NCBI GenBank assembly: GCA_038065455.1 | Contig: JBBTQX010000002.1 | Coordinates: forward strand, 32,001 to 96,000 | Direction of reading: 5' to 3' | Length of the DNA: 64,000 nt | DNA from: Patescibacteria group bacterium | Lineage (GTDB): Bacteria; Patescibacteriota; Minisyncoccia; UBA6257; GWB1-50-10 | Notes under the pieces: model-generated | Database searches by the model: none | What the model was told of the DNA's origin: nothing | What the model saw: only the letters and a program-made list of their open reading frames with translations | Shown: piece after piece, positions 45,643 to 53,134 of the stretch | How the letters are laid out: the number at the start of each line of letters is the position of its first letter | How positions within the stretch are numbered: the first letter of the stretch is position 1 | Position numbers and translations under genes: made by a program

Positions 45643-45956
45643 ACCAGGCAGTAGAAATTCGACTATTTGTGGTTTTTATCATAAAAGTATTCTTTGAGCA
45701 TGCGCTTTAGCAATCTGGCACCTTGGCTCGTCTTCAGATATTGCTCTCTTCTTGTTGCGTCCCTTGAATTCAAGTATGCCTCATAGTGTATCAATATCCA
45801 AGGTGCTTTTTTCTGGTTGAATAGCTCTTTTTGCGATTATGTTCTTTGAATCTTCTCTTTAAATCATTGGTATAGCCTATATACAACGAATTGTCTTTTA
45901 GACTCCGGAGAATGTAGATATAGAACATAATCGCGGTCGAATTTTCACTGCCTGGT
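45643..45956 (-). mobile_element. Family B IR element, nuclease-carrying copy (B3)
   Basis: ACCAGGCAGTAGAAATTCGAC (45643-45663) / GTCGAATTTTCACTGCCTGGT (45936-45956) enclosing a GIY-YIG gene. Confidence 0.78.
45663..45928 (-). pseudogene. GIY-YIG endonuclease split by a -1 frameshift at A_AAA_AAG (pseudogene, recoded gene or assembly error)
   Basis: Frame 0: MFYIYILRSLKDNSLYIGYTNDLKRRFKEHNRKKSYSTRKK; the -1 frame continues APWILIHYEAYLNSRDATRREQYLKTSQGARLLKRMLKEYFYDKNHK*; not in the ORF track. Confidence 0.85.
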
Positions 45957-45961
45957 GAAGT

Positions 45962-46477
45962 TTATTTTAAAGCGCCGATTTCTTTCAGGAACGATTCGAA
46001 TATATTCAGTATTTCTTTCGCTTCGCTTTCTTTTATTTCAAAGCCGGCCGTGTGCACCAAATCGTTTCGGATGCGATGGGCCCGCCAAAGATTTTCCAAG
46101 GTTTTCAGTTCCTTCGGGTTGAGCTTCTGGAGCTTGTCGGCGATATGCTCCCCTTCCAAACCCAGATCGTCGAGCGCTTCGCCCACCAGATTGTCAGCCG
46201 CCATTATCGCGAGCGTAAAAGAATGAGGCGGAGCGGAATGGGCCTTTTCCAATATCTTTTCCCAAACCTTCGCGTATCTTTCCGTATCGAATTCGCTTTG
46301 GGCGGCTTCCGTTCCTTCTTCTTTTTTCTTTCTCAGCGAACTGATTAAATCGGGGCGGTATTTGAGCGCCTTACGAAGTACAATAAAAAAACCAACCAGA
46401 AAAACGACGTCCAAAATAATGAATATGGTGCGAGCGGTGTAATAAAATCCCTCCAATTTTCCGAAAAAATCAGCCAT
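45962..46477 (-). CDS. Conserved single-TM hypothetical protein
   Basis: TM, W..I, LAIMAADNL, GEHIADKL, LWRAHRIRNDLVH (HEPN-like RxxxxH). Confidence 0.7.
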   Translation of the reverse strand: MADFFGKLEGFYYTARTIFIILDVVFLVGFFIVLRKALKYRPDLISSLRKKKEEGTEAAQSEFDTERYAKVWEKILEKAHSAPPHSFTLAIMAADNLVGEALDDLGLEGEHIADKLQKLNPKELKTLENLWRAHRIRNDLVHTAGFEIKESEAKEILNIFESFLKEIGALK

Positions 46478-47896
46478 TTATTTGTATCTTTCCAATTCTT
46501 CTTCTTCCCCGAAAATTGGTAATCCCGAAGGCGGACCAGCCCGCTTGCTCTCAAGATGTTTCAAATGGGGTTCGGTAAGCACAGTTGAAGTCGGAATATG
46601 GAAAAGCGTAGCGAGGCACTTCGTATTCATAATGAAACGCTTGGAAGTAGTATTCCAATTAAAAAGATAGGAGGTGAGCATTCTGCCGATGAGCGTTTCG
46701 ACCGGTACTTCGCGCTTCCGGTAATTTAAAAGCATCCTGGCTTTTCGGAACTCAAGCCGGGTACCGGGGAAAACGTAGGGTTTTTTCCAAATCATTGTTC
46801 TGGTGGCCACTCCATTATTTTGGCCGAAAGAATTCATATCCAAGTTGGAATATTGATTGAAAGCGCCCACGATACCTTTGCGGGGAAAATTATCGGAAAA
46901 GGTTTTTTTATTCGAGAAGTATACAAAACGTATCAAGGTGTTGAAGGCGGGCTTCGAAAGATTTTCTTCCACGGCCTTCAAAACATCGGCTTGGCCGGGC
47001 GAACGCATCATAGCCATTTCATACTCTTCGTTTCCGCCCGTAGGCAATGCGCGACCCTTCACCTTCCTCGTTTGCGGCTCTCTTAATTTTTTTAAATCGT
47101 CCTCCCATTTATCGTCCCAATTCTCCGAGCCGGCCGGAGCGATAAGGAACTGAATGCCGACGATTTCCGTCTTCTTCAATTTTCCCAGAATTTCCAAAAA
47201 AGATGAAATAGGGTCAAAACTTTTTTCCTCGGCTTCGTTCTCAAAATCGGTGTAGGTTTTTATCGGATACATATCGTCTTTTTTGAGTGTCATTTCGGTG
47301 CCCCACATATCCAAGTCTTTTTCGTAAACCTCATAAACCTTGTCGGGCAACTGGTCGACATAATCCGGCACCTCGACGATATCCAAGCCGGGATAATAAG
47401 AGAAGAAAGCCGCCTCTATCAAGTTTCTCAACTTGGCGTAACACCGAATATAGAGATGGATCTCGCCGCCGAAGCTGACCATTTCAAGCGAATACCATCG
47501 GGGCACTTCGCCGTCCCAATATTTTTCGCGAATATCATCCGGCGCATTCCTTAAGGAATGGAATGCCGCTAAAACCTGCTCCATTGCCTGAGAACTCTTT
47601 TCGATGAGGCGAGGTATCCTAAGCTCGAGAAAAACCCATTTAATATCAGTCTTAAATATCTCCTGGCGCCAATGAAGCCAGGTCTCGAGAAAAAGTCGGA
47701 AAATTACGATGAAAAACCATAGCCACCAAGTCCGTTTCAAAAAATCAATTACGACCGTGCCGAGAACGGAGGGAGCAACAAGGGGTACGACGAGCGCCCC
47801 GGCCGCGCCGGAAATGAAGAGTATCCACCAGGTCTCTTCTTTGCTGAACGCCTCTTCGAGAAAAGAGCCGAGCTCCTTCAAAAAATTACCTAACAT
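46478..47896 (-). CDS. Conserved membrane protein upstream of the ATPase pair
   Basis: N-terminal TMs, LELRIPR, AMEQV, SLEMVS, YPIKTY, LATLFHIP, PPSGLP. Confidence 0.75.
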   Translation of the reverse strand: MLGNFLKELGSFLEEAFSKEETWWILFISGAAGALVVPLVAPSVLGTVVIDFLKRTWWLWFFIVIFRLFLETWLHWRQEIFKTDIKWVFLELRIPRLIEKSSQAMEQVLAAFHSLRNAPDDIREKYWDGEVPRWYSLEMVSFGGEIHLYIRCYAKLRNLIEAAFFSYYPGLDIVEVPDYVDQLPDKVYEVYEKDLDMWGTEMTLKKDDMYPIKTYTDFENEAEEKSFDPISSFLEILGKLKKTEIVGIQFLIAPAGSENWDDKWEDDLKKLREPQTRKVKGRALPTGGNEEYEMAMMRSPGQADVLKAVEENLSKPAFNTLIRFVYFSNKKTFSDNFPRKGIVGAFNQYSNLDMNSFGQNNGVATRTMIWKKPYVFPGTRLEFRKARMLLNYRKREVPVETLIGRMLTSYLFNWNTTSKRFIMNTKCLATLFHIPTSTVLTEPHLKHLESKRAGPPSGLPIFGEEEELERYK

Positions 47897-47932
47897 TGAT
47901 TTCTTTTTATTTTACCTTATTAGAGAAATAAC

Positions 47933-47966
47933 AAAAACCCCGCCAATCCATAGACTGGCGGGGTTT
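47933..47966 (-). terminator. Intrinsic terminator
   Basis: Stem CCCGCCA...TGGCGGG next to an A-run on the + strand (U-tract on the minus strand). Confidence 0.65.
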
Positions 47967-47978
47967 CCGAACATTGGC

Positions 47979-48998
47979 TTAGGCCTCGCGAACCTGGTAT
48001 TTACCGCTATCCAATCGCTTGAAATACCGGCGATTTTGGAGATTAAGAAGAATGGTATTCTCCTTGAGAAGGCGCTGTTCGTTCACGAGACGCACCACCG
48101 TCGCGGATTCCAAAGAACCGTGTTTTTTCAGGAGCCGAGCGATGACCTCCCGCACCGTACCGGGTTCGTAGCCTTTTTCCTTCAGGGCATAAACGCCGCG
48201 CCCGACGAGAACGAAGCGATTGTCCTTGATGAGCTCGTTGTGCACTGTTTGAACGTGCGCCGGTTTCTTATCCAAACCGAACTTGTTGATATTCTTCGCG
48301 ATATCCCCGAAATGAAGAGGCCGTTCGTGTTTCTTCAAAACCAGATAAACTTTGTCGCGGATCGTCTTAGGCTCGATCTCGGGCCATTCTTTCAAACCGA
48401 AATCGCCGAAGATGTTCGTGCCAAAATGTTTCGGGATGGAAAGAAGATGGGCGGAAACCAAATCTTTCATATGATTCAAATAAAGTTTCTTGTTTAAAAT
48501 TTCTTCCTTCTTGCCGGACTTCAGGAAATTTGTGACCGTCTTTATGAAATCATGGAATTTTTCTTTGGATTTTTCATCGGAGAACCAGAAGGCTTGCGCG
48601 TTGTCGTCGTTCTTCGAATAAGAGGGTACACCCGCCACGAGAAGAATGAAGCGCAGTTTCTGGTCGGCGTGCTTCACATCCGCTCCAATCTCAAGGCCGT
48701 GAATAAGGTCGTTCATAAAATTGTCGTCGCGCTTCACGCCGCCCACACCCGCCAGGTGCTTCCTGGCATAATCCAAAATGACCGCCGCTTCTTCTTTTAC
48801 CTTCTTCGAAAGTTTTTTAATCGCCTGCTCCTCTATCTGGCGCACCCGCTCGCGGGTGATTTTGAGTTCATCGCCGATGAATTGGAGTGTCGAGCGCTCG
48901 CCGGTCTTCAAACCGAAACGGCCGACAATCACCCGGCGCTGTTTGGGGCTGAAATCGGCGAGAAGATTATCTATTAATTGGTCGAGATTTTGTTTCAT
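47979..48998 (-). CDS. Sigma70 region-4-like HTH plus C-terminal HARE-HTH-like protein
   Basis: RFGL...TLQFIGDELKITRERVRQIE; PLHFGDIA, TVHNELIKDNRFVLVGRGVYALKE. Confidence 0.8.
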   Translation of the reverse strand: MKQNLDQLIDNLLADFSPKQRRVIVGRFGLKTGERSTLQFIGDELKITRERVRQIEEQAIKKLSKKVKEEAAVILDYARKHLAGVGGVKRDDNFMNDLIHGLEIGADVKHADQKLRFILLVAGVPSYSKNDDNAQAFWFSDEKSKEKFHDFIKTVTNFLKSGKKEEILNKKLYLNHMKDLVSAHLLSIPKHFGTNIFGDFGLKEWPEIEPKTIRDKVYLVLKKHERPLHFGDIAKNINKFGLDKKPAHVQTVHNELIKDNRFVLVGRGVYALKEKGYEPGTVREVIARLLKKHGSLESATVVRLVNEQRLLKENTILLNLQNRRYFKRLDSGKYQVREA

Positions 48999-49041
48999 AT
49001 TTTAATGATGATAACGATAGCATAATGGTTTTACGGTGTCA

Positions 49042-49111
49042 ACCAGGTAGTGAAAATTCGGCCGCTTCGCACAGTCTGCCTTTGGCAGAAGCCGAATTTC
49101 TACTACCTGGT
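49042..49111. mobile_element. Family B IR element, minimal copy (B4) after secF
   Basis: ACCAGGTAGTGAAAATTCGGC / GCCGAATTTCTACTACCTGGT; TCAA direct repeat at both ends; inner hairpin TCTGCC-TTT-GGCAGA. Confidence 0.8.
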
Positions 49112-49126
49112 CAATCCCCCATCAGA

Positions 49127-50017
49127 CTATTTTTTCTGCCAAAGATACAACAGCGGGCTGGCCACGAATATGGAGGAATAGGTCCCGAAAACCGTTCCCA
49201 CGAGAATAGTGAGAATGAAGAAGAATATGGAAGCCGGGCCGAAAATAAGCAGGGTCACGAGCACAATAACGAGTGTGAGCGTGGTGTTTATGGAACGGGC
49301 CATGGTTTCGTTCACGCTGAAATTAATGATTTCGCCCAAGTCGAATCTTTTGCCTCGATTCAAAGTCAGGTTCTCCCGAATGCGGTCGAAGACCACGATG
49401 GTGTCATGGACGGAAAAACCCATCACGACAAGCAGTGCCACGATGAAATTCGTGTCTATTTCAATTCCTTTCCAGTGTCCCAAAATGGCCAAAAGGCCGG
49501 CCGGGATACTCACGTCGTGCAGGAGTGTCAAAAGAGTTACGATACCATACTTCCAAGATTTGACCGGTTCCGAAACCTTTCGGAAAGCCCAAGCAATGAA
49601 AAGCGATATACCGAACATTACGAGCGCCACGGCCCAAATGGATTTATTTTTGAGTTCCGAACCGATAGCCGGACCGATCGAGGAGTAACTTTTTTCGGAT
49701 ACCTCGCCGAATTCTTTTGCGAGCTCTTCCTTATAGTTCCGCCTCTGCTCTTCGCTCAAGCTCGGCAGGCGAACAAGGAAAGTTCCGTCATCGGAACTCT
49801 TCACGCTCACTGTACTTCCCTCTCCCGCCGTTTTTTGCAAAGCCTCCTTGATCGCCGTTTCGGTCACATCGCTCTTTCCAAAACTCATCTGCCATTCCGT
49901 GCCGCCTTTAAGGTCAATGCCGGGCCGGAGGCCGAAGATTATAATGAGCGCCCAAGCCGCGACAACCATAAGTCCAGAGAATCCTAAAAAGTAATTTTTA
50001 TTCGCTATCAGATTCAT
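49127..50017 (-). CDS. secF: Protein translocase subunit SecF
   Basis: GIDLKGG, IGPAIGSEL, LLHDV, GFSVHDTIVVFDRIRE, RSINT, YSSIFVASP. Confidence 0.95.
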   Translation of the reverse strand: MNLIANKNYFLGFSGLMVVAAWALIIIFGLRPGIDLKGGTEWQMSFGKSDVTETAIKEALQKTAGEGSTVSVKSSDDGTFLVRLPSLSEEQRRNYKEELAKEFGEVSEKSYSSIGPAIGSELKNKSIWAVALVMFGISLFIAWAFRKVSEPVKSWKYGIVTLLTLLHDVSIPAGLLAILGHWKGIEIDTNFIVALLVVMGFSVHDTIVVFDRIRENLTLNRGKRFDLGEIINFSVNETMARSINTTLTLVIVLVTLLIFGPASIFFFILTILVGTVFGTYSSIFVASPLLYLWQKK

Positions 50018-50140
50018 CCCGTTAGAGATAGGATACGCTTAACAAGCGTATCCGTGATATTTTTGTTTGTTCGACTGATTTTGATTGTTTTGATTTTATG
50101 GAAGTCATATTATTTATACTTTGAAAATCTCTAACGGGAT
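50016..50140 (-). mobile_element. Family A IR element, short copy (A4) between secD and secF
   Basis: ATCCCGTTAGAGAT (50016-50029) / ATCTCTAACGGGAT (50127-50140); ATGAAT direct repeat on the coding strand; supplies the secD stop codon. Confidence 0.82.
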
Positions 50141-51420
50141 TCATTATCTTCAACAGATTTATTATCTTGACCAATAAATATCCGAAGCATTGTGCGCGTG
50201 ATGGTAATAGCCGAGAACATACTGATCAAAACTCCGATTAAAAGTGTAAGAGCAAAACCGCGCACGAAACTCGAAGTGAAATAATAAAGGACGGTCGCTG
50301 TAATAATGGTCGAGATATTGGAATCCCGGATGGAGGTCCAAGCCCGTCGGAAACCCTCTTCAATGGCGGAATAGTGGGATAATCCCTTTTTAAGTTCTTC
50401 CTTCGTCCTTTCGAAAACGAGAATATTCGCGTCCACCGCCATACCAATAGACAGAATGAAGCCAGCGATACCCGAAAGAGTCATCGTTATGGGAACGATT
50501 TTGAAGATTGCGAGCGTCAAAGCCACGTACATTAAAAGCGCGAAAGCGGCGAATACTCCCAAACCGCGGTAATAAATAATCATAAAAAGGAGGATCGCGA
50601 GCGTTCCGACAATGCCCGCGAAAACGGCCTTATCGAAGGCTTCCTTTCCGAAATCGGGGCTTACTGTCCGCTGATTCACGAGTGTAATCGGCGCGGGCAA
50701 AGCTCCCGCGTTGAATCTTTCCGCGAGCTGGCGAGCCGTATCGACGGTAAAATTTCCGCTGATTTGAGCCTTGCCGCCCGTGATTTTCTGCTGGACCGTC
50801 GGCATCTCAATCAATTGATTATCCAAAAATATAGCGAGCGGCTTTCCTACATTCTTTCCGGTCAGATCGGCGAAAATTTCCGCTCCTGCGCTCGAAAAAG
50901 TGAGGTCTACTTGGGGCTGGCGCGTCACGGAATCAAAACTTATCTGCGCGCTCACAACATAACGGCCATTCAATTCCGTTGGAATAAATTGAACAGTGGA
51001 ACTCGCCTCAAGCGAACCCGTTGCGGGAGCGATTACTTCGCGAAAATCCAAAAAAGGCGTAGCACCAATCTCTTTAATAGCCTCATCGATATCCTTTATT
51101 CCGGCCAACTCCACCGCCAGCCTGGTCGATTCTCCTGCTTTCTCGACGAAAACTCGCGGTTCGCTCACTCCGAATAAATTGACGCGCTTTTCGATGACAT
51201 CCCTGAGACCACTGACCACCGAATCCCGATCGGCGAAACCGACTTTCGAGAGATCCACTTCATACGTCAAAAGACTGCCGCCGGCCAAATCCAGGCCGAA
51301 GTTCCAGGGCCGGAAGGAGCTTATTTTCTGCCACAAGGGTTCGTAGGAAAAAACAGCGGCGAAGGCGGCTACCGCCACGAGAAGAATCAATACTGCTACC
51401 AGTCGCTTCTTGGAAATCAT
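50131..51420 (-). CDS. secD: Protein translocase subunit SecD
   Basis: GLDLAGG, RVNLFGVSEP, AGALPAP, IGMAVDANILVFER, IRDSN, VRGFA. Confidence 0.95.
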   Translation of the reverse strand: MISKKRLVAVLILLVAVAAFAAVFSYEPLWQKISSFRPWNFGLDLAGGSLLTYEVDLSKVGFADRDSVVSGLRDVIEKRVNLFGVSEPRVFVEKAGESTRLAVELAGIKDIDEAIKEIGATPFLDFREVIAPATGSLEASSTVQFIPTELNGRYVVSAQISFDSVTRQPQVDLTFSSAGAEIFADLTGKNVGKPLAIFLDNQLIEMPTVQQKITGGKAQISGNFTVDTARQLAERFNAGALPAPITLVNQRTVSPDFGKEAFDKAVFAGIVGTLAILLFMIIYYRGLGVFAAFALLMYVALTLAIFKIVPITMTLSGIAGFILSIGMAVDANILVFERTKEELKKGLSHYSAIEEGFRRAWTSIRDSNISTIITATVLYYFTSSFVRGFALTLLIGVLISMFSAITITRTMLRIFIGQDNKSVEDNESR

Positions 51421-51498
51421 TTCCCCAAAGTATATAGCAAGCTCGTTTTCAAATCAAATAAAAAACCGAGTTATTGAAACTCGGTTTCGATAAATTAA

Positions 51499-52002
51499 TC
51501 ACCCTCCAAAATTCCTCTTTCTTTTATAAGAGGGGAACTTATGGAAAGACGCTATGTGCGGTATATTTCCCATTTGTTCCTCCAATATATCCAGCATATC
51601 GAAGGAATCGAGATGTTGAAAGAAAGAAAATGTTTTTTCCGCTTCTCCAACGGCAAGTGGTAATCCTTCATCCATCACCATTAATAGTTCGGTTTTGTTT
51701 TTTTTCGAAGCCAGTTCCCTATCGATTTTTTCTTCCACTTCGGAAAAAAAATTATCCTGATCGGGAATATCGTCATCGGAAACATACCTGTGAGGATCGT
51801 GGCAAAAAACGAATTCATCGTCGTCAAAGTCAGGAATATTGAATTCCGAATTTGACGGAACAAGATTGCGAAGAGCCAGGCATTTCCGACCGGAGTTTTC
51901 GTTCGGCGGCCGCTTCAAGTTGATTTTTTCTTTTGCCAGCGAGAGCGTTTCTTTCGTCGGGAAGAAAACTTCTTTCGATACTACCAACATGGATTTTTCC
52001 AT
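51499..52002 (-). CDS. Hypothetical acidic protein
   Basis: AGGAGG 7 nt upstream of the ATG at 52002; terminator-like hairpin AAACCGAGTT...AACTCGGTTT near 51463-51488. Confidence 0.55.
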   Translation of the reverse strand: MEKSMLVVSKEVFFPTKETLSLAKEKINLKRPPNENSGRKCLALRNLVPSNSEFNIPDFDDDEFVFCHDPHRYVSDDDIPDQDNFFSEVEEKIDRELASKKNKTELLMVMDEGLPLAVGEAEKTFSFFQHLDSFDMLDILEEQMGNIPHIASFHKFPSYKRKRNFGG

Positions 52003-52150
52003 GACATTTCCTCCTATTATTAGGGTTGGTTGATAAGGGTGGATTATTGATTTTTTGTGGTACTCATTCAATTATACCCCCGAATTTTCAATAATATCAA
52101 TTGGGTGTACTGGCTTTTATTTGAAAATATTGACGAATTTCACCGGGTTC

Positions 52151-52221
52151 ACCAGGTAGTAGAAATGCGATCAGTTCGCTTTGCGAACTAAACTTGAATC
52201 ATCGCATTTTCACTACCTGGT
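52151..52221. mobile_element. Family B IR element, minimal copy (B5) overlapping the M23 gene stop
   Basis: ACCAGGTAGTAGAAATGCGAT / ATCGCATTTTCACTACCTGGT; inner hairpin AGTTCGC-TTT-GCGAACT. Confidence 0.8.
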
Positions 52222-53082
52222 CAAACCGAATATGTTAATAAATTTTATTGGATCAACCGAGACGGTGTTTATCTTTATCGATAGATGAAGATGCGGACCG
52301 GTCGCGTAACCCGTCTCCCCCACCGTGCCGATAATTTGGCCGGACTTCACGGATTGCCCAACCTTCGCCTTAATGGCGTCCAGGTGCATATATAAAGAGA
52401 AGATGCCCGCGCCGTGATCCACTATTATAGTGTTACCGTAAATCGGATCGTTCTCGGCCTTCCGCACAATGCCGTCGTTTATCGCCGCAACCGCGCTTCC
52501 TTTGGGCGAACCAAAATCAATGCCTAAATGCCTTATCATCTGTTCTCCGCTTTTCCGCAATTCACCGTAGGGCGCCACGATTTTTCTGTTGTTATAAAGC
52601 GCCAATCCGAATGACTTGGAAAAAAATATATTATCGGTTTTTATCGTCACAATAGAGTCGAGTTTGGATTGCTCGACCGCCAAATTTTTTGAAAGTTCAT
52701 CCGAAGTCAGGCCTAATTTATCGGGCACACCGAGGTCCACAAGCGGGAACTTCCGCGCCCGAATGTAGAGCTTGGCGTCGAAAACCGAACCATCGGCAAA
52801 CTTCACCGAGAAAGAGTGGTAGCCAGCCGTCTCGTTCGCCTTAATCGGACCGACAATTTGTTTTGAATTTTTATAGGAGATAACGGAAAGAGTCCGATTA
52901 TCGAAGGAGGCACTCAAAGGAACCGCGTTCTTATCCGAAACGACGGCGACCAAGGTATCCCCTTGAAAAAGCAAAGAATTCAAAAAACTCACATTAGCTG
53001 TCGCGGCCCGGGACGACCCGGCGAATATCAGAAAACCCAGAAGAAAAACGAAGGGAATGAATCTTTTGATTGAAATTGACAT
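52213..53082 (-). CDS. Secreted M23 family peptidase
   Basis: Signal peptide; HLGIDF, YGNTIIVDHG, YMHL, TGPHLH. Confidence 0.9.
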   Translation of the reverse strand: MSISIKRFIPFVFLLGFLIFAGSSRAATANVSFLNSLLFQGDTLVAVVSDKNAVPLSASFDNRTLSVISYKNSKQIVGPIKANETAGYHSFSVKFADGSVFDAKLYIRARKFPLVDLGVPDKLGLTSDELSKNLAVEQSKLDSIVTIKTDNIFFSKSFGLALYNNRKIVAPYGELRKSGEQMIRHLGIDFGSPKGSAVAAINDGIVRKAENDPIYGNTIIVDHGAGIFSLYMHLDAIKAKVGQSVKSGQIIGTVGETGYATGPHLHLSIKINTVSVDPIKFINIFGLTR

Positions 53083-53134
53083 AAAAACTTAATTAGCCTT
53101 TATGAATAAAACGTGGAAAGGCGGGAAGTGTTTC

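Noticed and set aside
8810-52220. CCWGG ends of family B as targets of the local RM enzyme
   Set aside because: The encoded MTase is an NPPY amino-methyltransferase of unknown specificity, and nothing in the sequence links it to these sites.
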